Shown piece by piece: positions 29,601 to 37,873 of a stretch of 62,754 nt of DNA; within the stretch, counting starts at the first letter, position 1; every line of letters starts with the position of its first letter. The notes under the pieces were generated by a model that saw nothing but the letters and a program-made list of their open reading frames with translations, did not search any database and was not told the DNA's origin. Both the position numbers and the translations under genes were made by a program. Source of the DNA: a virus (Duplodnaviria; Caudoviricetes); IMG/VR virus record IMGVR_UViG_3300027797_000029, positions 1 through 62,754 of that record; one strand, written 5' to 3'.

Positions 29601-32600
29601 TTCCAAGTCAGCACAACTAACGGTGGCCCTGTGATATCAACATTATCGGCTGCAACTGGTACAGCAACAGCCAACCAAGGCGTCACTTACTATGTTAAAA
29701 CTATCACAACAAACACCAGTTTTACTGTGTCAAATACATTTGGCGGCACAGCAATTACTGCTGCTGGTTCAGGTACTGTGACAGGTGTGCTTTCATACAA
29801 CGGATTCAAAGCCAAAAGAGATGTTGAGCAAATTTTAAGTGCAGTGGTTTTTGACATAGGACGGGGTGGCAACTTATCCACTACATTGGTGGCAAGATCA
29901 TACTATGCCACAGCAACAACTTACACATCAACTGTGACTTTATATTTGCTGCCTTATTTTGTGTCAGCATTAACATATGCAAGCACATTGACATCTACAA
30001 ATGTGTTGGGACAGTCTGCACCAGCCAACAACTACCAGACATTGAATGGTGTTTCTGCTGCAATCAGTCAGTTTACCAGCGGCAGTTACACAGCTGAAGC
30101 AGGCATGAACACCAAAGCTACCACATTGTTTGCAACTGTGACCAGCGGATTAAACGCTGGCACAACCAATGCTATTCCAGCACCAATAAATCCCACAACT
30201 TCTATCTTTATCAAAACAGGCACATACTCTGAAATATTACCAATCAGTGTGCCAGCATTCACATCACTGATAGGTGACGAACTTAGATCAACAATTATTC
30301 AGCCACTCACATTCAGTGTGACTGCAACCACAAGTTCTGGCACCAGTTTGACATTGTCTGATGCTACTAATGTCACGGTTGGCATGGGTATCAGTGGCAA
30401 TGCATTTATTCCAGATGGTGCGTTTGTTATTGCCAAATCAGGCAATGTGTTAACACTAAGCGCAGCAACCACTGGCACAGTGGTTGGTGCATTGGTAGCA
30501 GGCTACACAGTCAGTGACATGTTCTACATGCGTAACGGTACTGGTGCTAGAAATATGAGTGTTACTGGTTTATTTGGCAAAGTTGGTTCAGCAAACAGCT
30601 ACGGCACAGCACGACCCACAGCAGGCGCATATTTCAGCTTAGATCCAGGCAACGGCCCGGACGACGACACTGTGTGGATTTATTCAAAGAGTCCATATGT
30701 GCAAAACGTTTCACTGTTTGGAACAGGTTGTGTTGGTTGCAAGATTGACGGCAGCTTGCATGCCGGCGGCAACAAATCCATGACACTGAACGACTTTACT
30801 AATATTTTATCAGATGGTATTGCAATTTGGGCCACGCAATTGGCCAAATGCGAAGCTGTGTCTGTGTTCTCGTATTATTGCTATGCAGGATACTTGAGTG
30901 AGTACGGCGGCGCAATTCGAGCCACCAACGGCAACAGTTCTTATGGTACCTACGGTTGTGTGGCAGAAGGAACCAGCCCAACTGAAGTGCCAATCACAGC
31001 CGTGGTCAACACTCAAACCCAAGAGGCACAGGTCACATTTGTTTTGACAGGTGGCGGCCAAATTCTTTGGTTGGAATATTCAAATGCTGGTCAGGCCTAC
31101 AGTTCAGCATCTTACAGCATTACCAGCGGCAGCGGCGGCGGCGCAGCAGTTAGTGCAGCCAACTATTTTACCAATGCAGTAACTGAAGTGCGTATTGTGA
31201 CAGGCGGTGCCAACTACCTAACAGCCACCAATGTGGCTCAGAATGGAACTGCCAGCACTATCACGTTGTCAGCAGCTGATTCAGCAGCCAACAATGCATA
31301 TGTGGGCATGCGCATTGTGTTGCAAGCCGGCACAGGCGCTGGCCAATACGGGTTTATCAATTATTACAACGCCAGTACAAAACAAGTGATTGTGTTAAAA
31401 GAATCTGTTGCAGGAATTGTCACAAGCACTTGTTCAACCACCGTGTTCAACGTTACTGACACTGCAAATATTCCAGCAGGCACACCAGTTGTGTTTACTG
31501 GCACATCGTTTGCTGGTGGATCAATAACAAATAACACTGTGTTTTATGTAGTGGCCAATAACTTTACAGCAACCACATTCTCAGTGGCCACTGCCGCAGG
31601 CGGAACACCTATCACACTCACAGCAGGGTCTGGCACAATGAGTATATTTGTGGCAATGTGGGATGTGGCTGTGAGCGGTACCAGTGTGCAAACAGTGTTG
31701 GACGGCAGCACACGCTATGTTATTGAACCACGAATCACTTTCAGTGGATCAGGCACTGGCGCATTTGCTCGTGCTGTTGTGGCTACCAATCAAATTGCAG
31801 CAATTAGAATTATCAATCCAGGATCAGGATACGGCAGTGCTCCAAGCATAACCATTACTGATCCCAATTCAACCACTGCAGCCACTACCACCGTGCGTGT
31901 ACAACCCACTGGTGTGTTGGGGCAACCCACTTGGGCCAGCAGAGGCACCAATTACAACGAAGCTGCAGTCACAGTAACTGGTAACGGTTTTGCAGATTTC
32001 CAAGCACTGGGATTCTTCATCAACTTGAGTGGCATGACCAAAGTGCCAGTTCCAGGCGCAAACATTGCATTCACAGGCAACTCAACTTATTACATTGTGG
32101 TTCAGGTACTGAGTTACACTGGCAGTGCAGGCAATTACGATGCTAGTATACAGATCAATCCAGGCTTGACTGTGACAGATTCTCCAGTGAACGGAACAGT
32201 TGTTACCATCACCATTGACTACAGTCAAGTTCGGTTAACTGGACATGACTTCTTGTATGTGGGTTCTGGCAACTTCTACAACACTGGTTATCCAAACAAT
32301 TTCAGCACAGCCAACAAAATTGTGGCCAATCAAACTGTTAACAGTGCAGGCGGTCGTGTGTTCTTCACAGCCACTGACCAGGACGGTAACTTCAACGTGG
32401 GTAACTTGTTCACAGTGCAACAGGCCACTGGTATTGCCACACTCAGCGCCAGTTTGTTCAATTTGAGCGGTTTGAATCAACTACAGTTTGCTTCAGGCGG
32501 CGCACTGGTCACACAGTTCAGTACTGATGGCAACATGACTGGAAACAGCGACAGTTTGGTTCCAACACAACGTGCTGTTAGAGCATACATTGCCAGTCAG

Positions 32601-32855
32601 TTGGGTGCAGGCGGCAGCAACATCACAGCCAACAGTTTGACAGCTGGCAGTGTGTACATCAGTGGAACCACTATCACCACAACCAACGCCAACAATTTGA
32701 TAATTACATCCACAGGAACTCAAATTTCTGTGAACAATTTGGCAGTGTTCACAAGAGCGCAAACCGCTACTGTGCCGCTGGTAGCCAATGATTTGACTAA
32801 TAAAGCGTATGTGGACAATGTCAAGAGTTTTGCATTTTTCATTAGTTCTCAGTGA
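26688..32855 (+). CDS. giant tail fibre/spike (2055 aa): CBM5/12-like repeats, beta modules, pectin-lyase-like region
   Basis: About 8 W....Y..GD.V.YGG..Y.C...H repeats; YYVAPSG...PWKT and IKTGTYSE...LIGDELR beta-helix motifs; TNKAYVD near the end. Confidence 0.8.
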   Translation: MAEFKLGRLRFVWQGPWVSATNYVKDDIVAYGGKTYVCLVGHTANAVFYTDLNNATAKWSQMSDGVSWKGAWSNTTAFYKINDIVQVGGKDYICLIGHTPTTISPVNQGFYTDLTASKWQLMVDGISWKTTWTTATYYNLGDIVKFGAKEFICVTGHISSSTPNSGFYSDLAALNWQLFVDGQTFIGAWTSTTYYKIGDIVNYGGTSYICNTGHTSSTTLEVNQANWTTFIPGFAWLGTYANGYTYKVNDIVKYGPDAYICTTAYTSVTNTIDLTKWALFVAGLEFMNTYSSATSYALGQVVTYGGYVYTSLVTNNLNQTPSISPSFWSLVTTGFNVQGNWNLTTAYKVGAVVTYGAYVYVSILDGTGFNPANNPTYWSLLNTGVSWQGLWTAGGTFTANIATTNMTVSVVGTTYLRPGVVITGSTTSANTVITGQTSGTTGGVGVYTVNNSQTVGAPGAGQVTLTATSSYRLGDSVVYGPNSYICVAAHTSGYTSPTGPATSSNNRPDVDTAGTYWNTLALGSAANVLTTLGDTVYYSAGGNARLPIGEDGQILRVTGSVPTWNYFGQVANVYYVAPSGTDATDYGITLDKPWKTVAYACARVAQGPANPSAQYLINQNKSWVGAEANNYLAHTNKVSVTGTTAGGAFTTTSTAGLAVNMPIVFNTFGGYLTNITQAYASQNLSVISSSGTLLTVSSNISGVVVNQPVTFTAGFGNVSSGTVYYIQSVAGTQFTISLTPSGTVYTVGGGGSGTAAVQGTFVVDSTVGFTQNVPFQVTGTTFGNLSLATNYFVSNIISGTFVTFSASSGGPVLTNVTPASGTMAVTTNNTLTLAAASLTTAAATIEQTYLAQTLSVLSSAGTTITVSANMVDVSVNQPIVFSASFGTVDAGAIYYVQAVSGTSLTISLNVNGTPYTVGIGNQPCSASVQAMLRATTTSNIRAGSSFTVTGAFGGLNTSTTYYTTQVLSSTLFQVSTTNGGPVISTLSAATGTATANQGVTYYVKTITTNTSFTVSNTFGGTAITAAGSGTVTGVLSYNGFKAKRDVEQILSAVVFDIGRGGNLSTTLVARSYYATATTYTSTVTLYLLPYFVSALTYASTLTSTNVLGQSAPANNYQTLNGVSAAISQFTSGSYTAEAGMNTKATTLFATVTSGLNAGTTNAIPAPINPTTSIFIKTGTYSEILPISVPAFTSLIGDELRSTIIQPLTFSVTATTSSGTSLTLSDATNVTVGMGISGNAFIPDGAFVIAKSGNVLTLSAATTGTVVGALVAGYTVSDMFYMRNGTGARNMSVTGLFGKVGSANSYGTARPTAGAYFSLDPGNGPDDDTVWIYSKSPYVQNVSLFGTGCVGCKIDGSLHAGGNKSMTLNDFTNILSDGIAIWATQLAKCEAVSVFSYYCYAGYLSEYGGAIRATNGNSSYGTYGCVAEGTSPTEVPITAVVNTQTQEAQVTFVLTGGGQILWLEYSNAGQAYSSASYSITSGSGGGAAVSAANYFTNAVTEVRIVTGGANYLTATNVAQNGTASTITLSAADSAANNAYVGMRIVLQAGTGAGQYGFINYYNASTKQVIVLKESVAGIVTSTCSTTVFNVTDTANIPAGTPVVFTGTSFAGGSITNNTVFYVVANNFTATTFSVATAAGGTPITLTAGSGTMSIFVAMWDVAVSGTSVQTVLDGSTRYVIEPRITFSGSGTGAFARAVVATNQIAAIRIINPGSGYGSAPSITITDPNSTTAATTTVRVQPTGVLGQPTWASRGTNYNEAAVTVTGNGFADFQALGFFINLSGMTKVPVPGANIAFTGNSTYYIVVQVLSYTGSAGNYDASIQINPGLTVTDSPVNGTVVTITIDYSQVRLTGHDFLYVGSGNFYNTGYPNNFSTANKIVANQTVNSAGGRVFFTATDQDGNFNVGNLFTVQQATGIATLSASLFNLSGLNQLQFASGGALVTQFSTDGNMTGNSDSLVPTQRAVRAYIASQLGAGGSNITANSLTAGSVYISGTTITTTNANNLIITSTGTQISVNNLAVFTRAQTATVPLVANDLTNKAYVDNVKSFAFFISSQ

Positions 32856-32895
32856 CCAAATGAACTAAATACACTAAGATAACGGAGAAAAGATT

Positions 32896-33237
32896 ATGGC
32901 AGCAGGAAGATTAGGCACACCGGCAAATTTAGCAGCAGGAACAAACACCACGCTGTACACTAACGCCACCTCATACGCAGTGTGTACAGTGAACATTTTG
33001 AATCGCAACACAACTGCGTTGACAATTCGACTGGGATTGACTTCCACAGGCACGTCAGGCGGCTTTACCGGCGGCGGCGGCACACCAGGACTTGCAGAAT
33101 GGCTGGAGTTTGACACAGTTATCCCAGCCAATGGTGTGTTGGAACGCACTGGATTAGTAGTGGGCGCCACTCAAAATTTGGTTGCTTATGCCAGTGCCAC
33201 TGGTGTCACTGCCATGGTGTACGGAATTGAGACTTAA
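32896..33237 (+). CDS. small virion adaptor protein
   Basis: TTLYT...VNILNR...LERTGLVV...VYGIET; TAAATA 32866-32871. Confidence 0.75.
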   Translation: MAAGRLGTPANLAAGTNTTLYTNATSYAVCTVNILNRNTTALTIRLGLTSTGTSGGFTGGGGTPGLAEWLEFDTVIPANGVLERTGLVVGATQNLVAYASATGVTAMVYGIET

Positions 33238-33249
33238 TAGGAGCCACTG

Positions 33250-33600
33250 ATGGGACGATTTCTTGGACAAGGCTACGCTAGACAAACACCTGACAGTTTT
33301 GCAGAAACTGTGGATGTCACAACCAATATCACATTGGCGTTGAATTCCATCTATTATGTCAATACCACAGCCGCAATTGTTACACTGACATTGCCACAAT
33401 TGCCCTCAGCTGGTGACTTTGTGGATATCATTGATGCTGCTGGAACATTTGACATATACAATTGTGTTATTATTCCCAGTGGTGACGGATCAACGGTGGC
33501 TGGATTTGCAGACAACCTAACATTGAATCTTAGCCGTTTAAGTGTTCGCTTGCAGTATTCAGTTGGAAGAACCAGCTGGCTAGTAACTCAGCTGATATAA
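33250..33600 (+). CDS. tail fibre-associated protein
   Basis: YYVNTT...TLTLP...AGD.V.IIDAAGTF...LQY....W motif. Confidence 0.7.
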   Translation: MGRFLGQGYARQTPDSFAETVDVTTNITLALNSIYYVNTTAAIVTLTLPQLPSAGDFVDIIDAAGTFDIYNCVIIPSGDGSTVAGFADNLTLNLSRLSVRLQYSVGRTSWLVTQLI

Positions 33601-33614
33601 GGAATAGATAAAAA

Positions 33615-34694
33615 ATGGCAAACGTATTAAGTTATATTAACACAGGATCAGTTTCAGGACCGACCGCTGGCGGCTTTACTCCTCCGCCAGGCATGTGGTG
33701 TCGACCAGCACACAAACCCACTCAGTGTGTGTTGATAACAGGTGACAACGTATGTTGTTTCTGTGTGCCAACCACAGCTACTTGTTTTGTTATTGAAATG
33801 TGGGGACAAGGCGGTGGCGGTGGCGGTGGTTGCTGTTGCGGTGTTGGATCATATGGAGGCCAAGGTGGGTCATATGGATTTGTTGCTTGCACAATTAGTG
33901 GTCAAAATTGGATTCTATGTGCATGTGTATGCAATTGCAGTTGCACAACTTGCACCATATGCACTGGCTCAATGGGACAGTTTGCCAGAGTTTGTCAGTG
34001 CAATGGTGGTGTAAACGGCACATGGTGGTGCATATGCGGTGGTTGTGAAGGTTACTGGTGTTGTAATCCCAGCGCACCATGGTGTTGGGACGGCGGCCAA
34101 CAAAACCCTGGCGCCTGGCCAACTGGCCAAAAATACAACATGTGGTTGCACTGGAAAGAAAGAAGCGCCTGTTTAGCAGGACGCTGCGGTAGTACTACAG
34201 CTGCGGCGCCCGCAGCTGGATTACCAATGTGTACAAACAGCGGTGTTGCTGGCCAAGCTCCTGTAGCTGCCACATACACCGGATGCACAACAGCAATGCC
34301 AACAAGTCCAACCGCAGGATCGAGCGGCGGCAACATACTAGATATTGTATTTCCAAAGAAAACTTGCGCCTGTTTTCAACCACTGGGTTACATATGGCAA
34401 GGTGCTTGTGGCTTTAGCGATCCAGGATTAGGAAATATGCCTGCTAGTTGTTTGAATACTGGTTACTTTAACAGTTCGATACCAAACTCAGCATGTGGCG
34501 GTGGCATGGGTGTTGGCGGATCAGCTTATGCCGGCGGCGAACAAGCATGGAAAAAATGCGGTTTTGATTGCGGCGGTTGCTGGCCACAAAATGGAAATTT
34601 TCCAGGCGGTGGCGGCATGAGTACTCACTCTTGCTCAGCATGGTCTCATCCAGGGTGCGGCGCAATGGGTTTAATTTTGATGAGTTACTGTTAA
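33615..34694 (+). CDS. Cys-rich glycine-rich (polyglycine adhesin-like) protein 1
   Basis: IEMWGQGGGGGGGCCC..GGQGGSY...FPGGGG...GLILMSY; ~40 Cys in 359 aa by hand count. Confidence 0.8.
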   Translation: MANVLSYINTGSVSGPTAGGFTPPPGMWCRPAHKPTQCVLITGDNVCCFCVPTTATCFVIEMWGQGGGGGGGCCCGVGSYGGQGGSYGFVACTISGQNWILCACVCNCSCTTCTICTGSMGQFARVCQCNGGVNGTWWCICGGCEGYWCCNPSAPWCWDGGQQNPGAWPTGQKYNMWLHWKERSACLAGRCGSTTAAAPAAGLPMCTNSGVAGQAPVAATYTGCTTAMPTSPTAGSSGGNILDIVFPKKTCACFQPLGYIWQGACGFSDPGLGNMPASCLNTGYFNSSIPNSACGGGMGVGGSAYAGGEQAWKKCGFDCGGCWPQNGNFPGGGGMSTHSCSAWSHPGCGAMGLILMSYC

Positions 34695-34703
34695 GGAAAA
34701 ATT

Positions 34704-35708
34704 ATGGCATTAATAACAAGTTTATTCACAGTAGGTACCGCTGGTGCTTCAACAGCCAGAGCCTGGTGTCGTCCTACACATAGAACTAACTGTGCATATG
34801 TGATCGGAGCCAACTCGTGTTGTATTTGTATTCCAGCAAGTGCCACCTGTTATGTAATTGAAATGTGGGGACAAGGTGGTGGTGGTGGTGGCGTTTGCTG
34901 TTGCATGGGTGCGTTGTATGGCGGTCAAGGCGGATCGTATGGATTTGTCACTTGCACAACCAGTGGCCAAGTACACACCATGTGCATGTGTTCGTGTGTG
35001 TGTACATGCGCAAGCTGTGGCACCAGCGGCCACGCGGGCCAACTGTCAGTTGTATGCGACTGCAGCTTGTCCATCAATTGGACAATATCTGGCGATGCAT
35101 GTGGCGGCTGTGCATGTTGCAATGGCATACAAACCATGAGTGCAGGCGGCTGCTCAACCTGCGGTGGATCGTATTCACGCAACCCAGCACATGCCAACAT
35201 GTCCATTAATTGCTGTTGTTTTGGACAGTGGATTGCACAAATTGGTGTTGGGCACACATGTGTTAGTCATTGGACAACAGAAACGTGCAGCACCCGAGAC
35301 ATGTTCCAGTTGGGTGCAAACATGCCGTTTTTACAACGTCAGGGCACCAACGCATATGGTTGCACTTGTGCTTGTTGCACTAGATTTAACTTTTATGTGC
35401 AAGGTGCTTGCGGCTGGAGTGCTCCAGATCTAGTAACCTGGTATGGAAGTGACACTTGCGGCGGACAACTATTTAATAAGCCGACCTGCACTTATTGTGG
35501 TGCTGGCCTATATGGCTCAGGCGGCACTGCTTATGCTGGCGGAGCAGGACAATGTTGTAACTGTGATATGGGTAATTACTACTGGCAAGGTGCGGACGGA
35601 AACTTCCCAGGCGGTGGCGGCAGCAATGCAGGACACATGTACAGCCCGGGATCATGCTGTATTGGATCATGCGGCGGATTTGGACTAATATTGATCAGTT
35701 GGTCTTAA
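34704..35708 (+). CDS. Cys-rich glycine-rich protein 2 (paralog)
   Basis: Same motifs; ~43 Cys in 334 aa by hand count. Confidence 0.8.
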   Translation: MALITSLFTVGTAGASTARAWCRPTHRTNCAYVIGANSCCICIPASATCYVIEMWGQGGGGGGVCCCMGALYGGQGGSYGFVTCTTSGQVHTMCMCSCVCTCASCGTSGHAGQLSVVCDCSLSINWTISGDACGGCACCNGIQTMSAGGCSTCGGSYSRNPAHANMSINCCCFGQWIAQIGVGHTCVSHWTTETCSTRDMFQLGANMPFLQRQGTNAYGCTCACCTRFNFYVQGACGWSAPDLVTWYGSDTCGGQLFNKPTCTYCGAGLYGSGGTAYAGGAGQCCNCDMGNYYWQGADGNFPGGGGSNAGHMYSPGSCCIGSCGGFGLILISWS

Positions 35709-35746
35709 CATATTAAATAATTAACAAAAGAATTCAGGAGAAACAA

Positions 35747-36823
35747 ATGAGATTTACATACCAAGCACCAGTTGAATATAATGATTTAACTAGCGGTTTA
35801 AGAACTGTTGAGAGCAGATATCAAGGCCCGCACGATTTTAAAGTCTATGTTGATAAAGTTACTAGACGAGTTACTCATGGTGTTGAATTTGACCACGACG
35901 GCCACCCAGGAGTACATGCTGGAGACCCAGAAACCCTGCATGATGGTTGTGAGATGCACTATTTACATTCGCATAATCCCAACCACATTTGTTTGATGGC
36001 AATGATAACCAATCATGAAGAACATGAAGCAACCAATGTTGTAGAGGTGGTGTGTGAAAAATACAACATGGTATATCAACGTCATGAACCCATGGATTTA
36101 TTTCATACATTTGATTTTCAAAAATGCACAATTGATGAAAGAGGAGTGGTTACATATGCATGGTGGCAAATGGCTATATCTTGGGAAATGCTAGTTAGTC
36201 AAGGCATTTCCCATAGAGGTGTTATACAAGAACGAATGAAGGGCTACATGTCAGCTGAACGTATGCAAAAAGCTCAATATTGCATAGAAATTATCGACTA
36301 TGTGCTATCAAACGAAATTAGTAAAAAACATCCATGGAAAATAGCATGGCCAGACATCGACACTGTTAGTTTAGATAACTCTATACCAATTGGTCTAGGG
36401 TCTGGTACTCAGAAAAACGAAGATTGGTTGGCAATTGAACTACAACCGTATTATCAAACCAAATACTGGGGAAGTACTCCGCATGAAAAGGCTGACAGAC
36501 CAGTGGGCAGCGGCTTGCTTCGTTCAAAGAACCCAATGTCCCCATCGGAAGCAGCTCTAGTTGAGGGTGCGCTTGTTTACCAAGAATCTCTCTCTTATTG
36601 CTGGTGTGATGAGCGTTTAACCGATGCGCACCCGAGTCACTGTCATAGAGTTGATGAACATGACATAATTCGTCAGCAATTGATTGACAGTAATCCAGAT
36701 ATTGAACTTACTGCACATCTTATACGTACTGCCCACGAACACCACTGCAAAGTGTGTGAAGAAAACGGTGACCCAGTACATCGTAAGTGTATTCCATCGG
36801 ATGATTCAAGTCATACTCATTAA
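35747..36823 (+). CDS. His/Cys-rich protein, possibly divergent tail-fibre assembly chaperone
   Basis: ISWEML...PWKIAWPD resembles Tfa-type chaperone termini; His clusters; TAAATA 35714-35719 plus GGAG. Confidence 0.6.
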   Translation: MRFTYQAPVEYNDLTSGLRTVESRYQGPHDFKVYVDKVTRRVTHGVEFDHDGHPGVHAGDPETLHDGCEMHYLHSHNPNHICLMAMITNHEEHEATNVVEVVCEKYNMVYQRHEPMDLFHTFDFQKCTIDERGVVTYAWWQMAISWEMLVSQGISHRGVIQERMKGYMSAERMQKAQYCIEIIDYVLSNEISKKHPWKIAWPDIDTVSLDNSIPIGLGSGTQKNEDWLAIELQPYYQTKYWGSTPHEKADRPVGSGLLRSKNPMSPSEAALVEGALVYQESLSYCWCDERLTDAHPSHCHRVDEHDIIRQQLIDSNPDIELTAHLIRTAHEHHCKVCEENGDPVHRKCIPSDDSSHTH

Positions 36824-36855
36824 TTCAAAATACACACTATAGACTCATAATTGCC

Positions 36856-36884
36856 TTGACTTGTTAGATAAATGCATATATAAT
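36856..36884 (+). promoter_or_regulatory. sigma70-type promoter
   Basis: TTGACT-17 nt-TATAAT upstream of the GT9-like gene. Confidence 0.8.
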
Positions 36885-36908
36885 GCTACTAACAGTTGAG
36901 GCATTTTA

Positions 36909-37859
36909 ATGAGTTCAAGACCCAAAGCATTTTTTATCAACGGCGGCGCTGGCCGAGTTATATGTGCAGTTCCTGCATTGGAAAAATATGCAGAAGATCA
37001 TCCAGATGAAAAATTTTTAATAGTGTGTGAAGGCGGCACTGACTTCTTCAAAGCACACCCCAAACTTCATAATCGTGTGTACGATAATTGGCACAAAAAT
37101 CTATTCCACGATAAATTAATTGATATGGATTTGGTAACACCAGAACCGTATAGAGTTTGGGAATATTTCAACCAAAAATGTTCTCTTAGTCAAGCATTTG
37201 ATATTGAAATCAATAACAACGGTGTTAGAGATTTGCCCAGGCCCACACTAAAGTTAACACAAGACGAAATTACCAACGGCAAATTTGGCATAAAAGATGT
37301 AATTTCAAAGACTGGTAAATCTAAAACAATAGTATTCCAGCCGTTTGGCCGCGGCGTAAACATGAAAGGCGATATTGTAACAGACCCATCTGGCCGCAGC
37401 TTTGAATTGGGTAATGTTGTAAATATTATTAATAAGTTACAAAAAGATTTTTCAGTTATTGTTATGACTGAATTACCATTGAATTTTCAAACATTGGGCT
37501 GCAAGGAGCAAGTTGCAGTGCCCGCCAACATTCCTATTCGTCAGTGGGCTGGCATTATTAAAAATGCAGATGTAATACTATCATGCGACAGTGTTTCTCA
37601 ACACATTGCATATGCGCTGAATAAACCAGCTGTAACTGTGGTGGGATCGACATTTCCTATCAATGTATCATATCCTGCTTGTGAAAATATCCGAGTGTTG
37701 GATATGGGGGAAGGAGCTAGAATTTACAGCCCTATACGGATAACTGCAGACGAGTATGCAGACATGAATAATGATGGAATTATGGCAATGAATGATAAAG
37801 TTGAAAACGCTATTGTGGAATCAGTATTCGAGATGTATGATAACTTTGTAAAACAATAA
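36909..37859 (+). CDS. GT-B glycosyltransferase, GT9 (ADP-heptose transferase)-like
   Basis: N-terminal GGAGRV..AVPAL; C-terminal IKNADVILSCDSVSQHIAYALNKPAVTVVGST (DS...H.A.AL motif). Confidence 0.7.
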   Translation: MSSRPKAFFINGGAGRVICAVPALEKYAEDHPDEKFLIVCEGGTDFFKAHPKLHNRVYDNWHKNLFHDKLIDMDLVTPEPYRVWEYFNQKCSLSQAFDIEINNNGVRDLPRPTLKLTQDEITNGKFGIKDVISKTGKSKTIVFQPFGRGVNMKGDIVTDPSGRSFELGNVVNIINKLQKDFSVIVMTELPLNFQTLGCKEQVAVPANIPIRQWAGIIKNADVILSCDSVSQHIAYALNKPAVTVVGSTFPINVSYPACENIRVLDMGEGARIYSPIRITADEYADMNNDGIMAMNDKVENAIVESVFEMYDNFVKQ

Positions 37860-37873
37860 AGGAAAACTAAAAT

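Noticed and set aside
33742-35688. Many overlapping short ORFs or RiPP precursors in the Cys-rich genes
   Set aside because: By-products of TGT/TGC/GGC-rich sequence. No leader-core peptide and no radical SAM, YcaO or LanM enzyme nearby.
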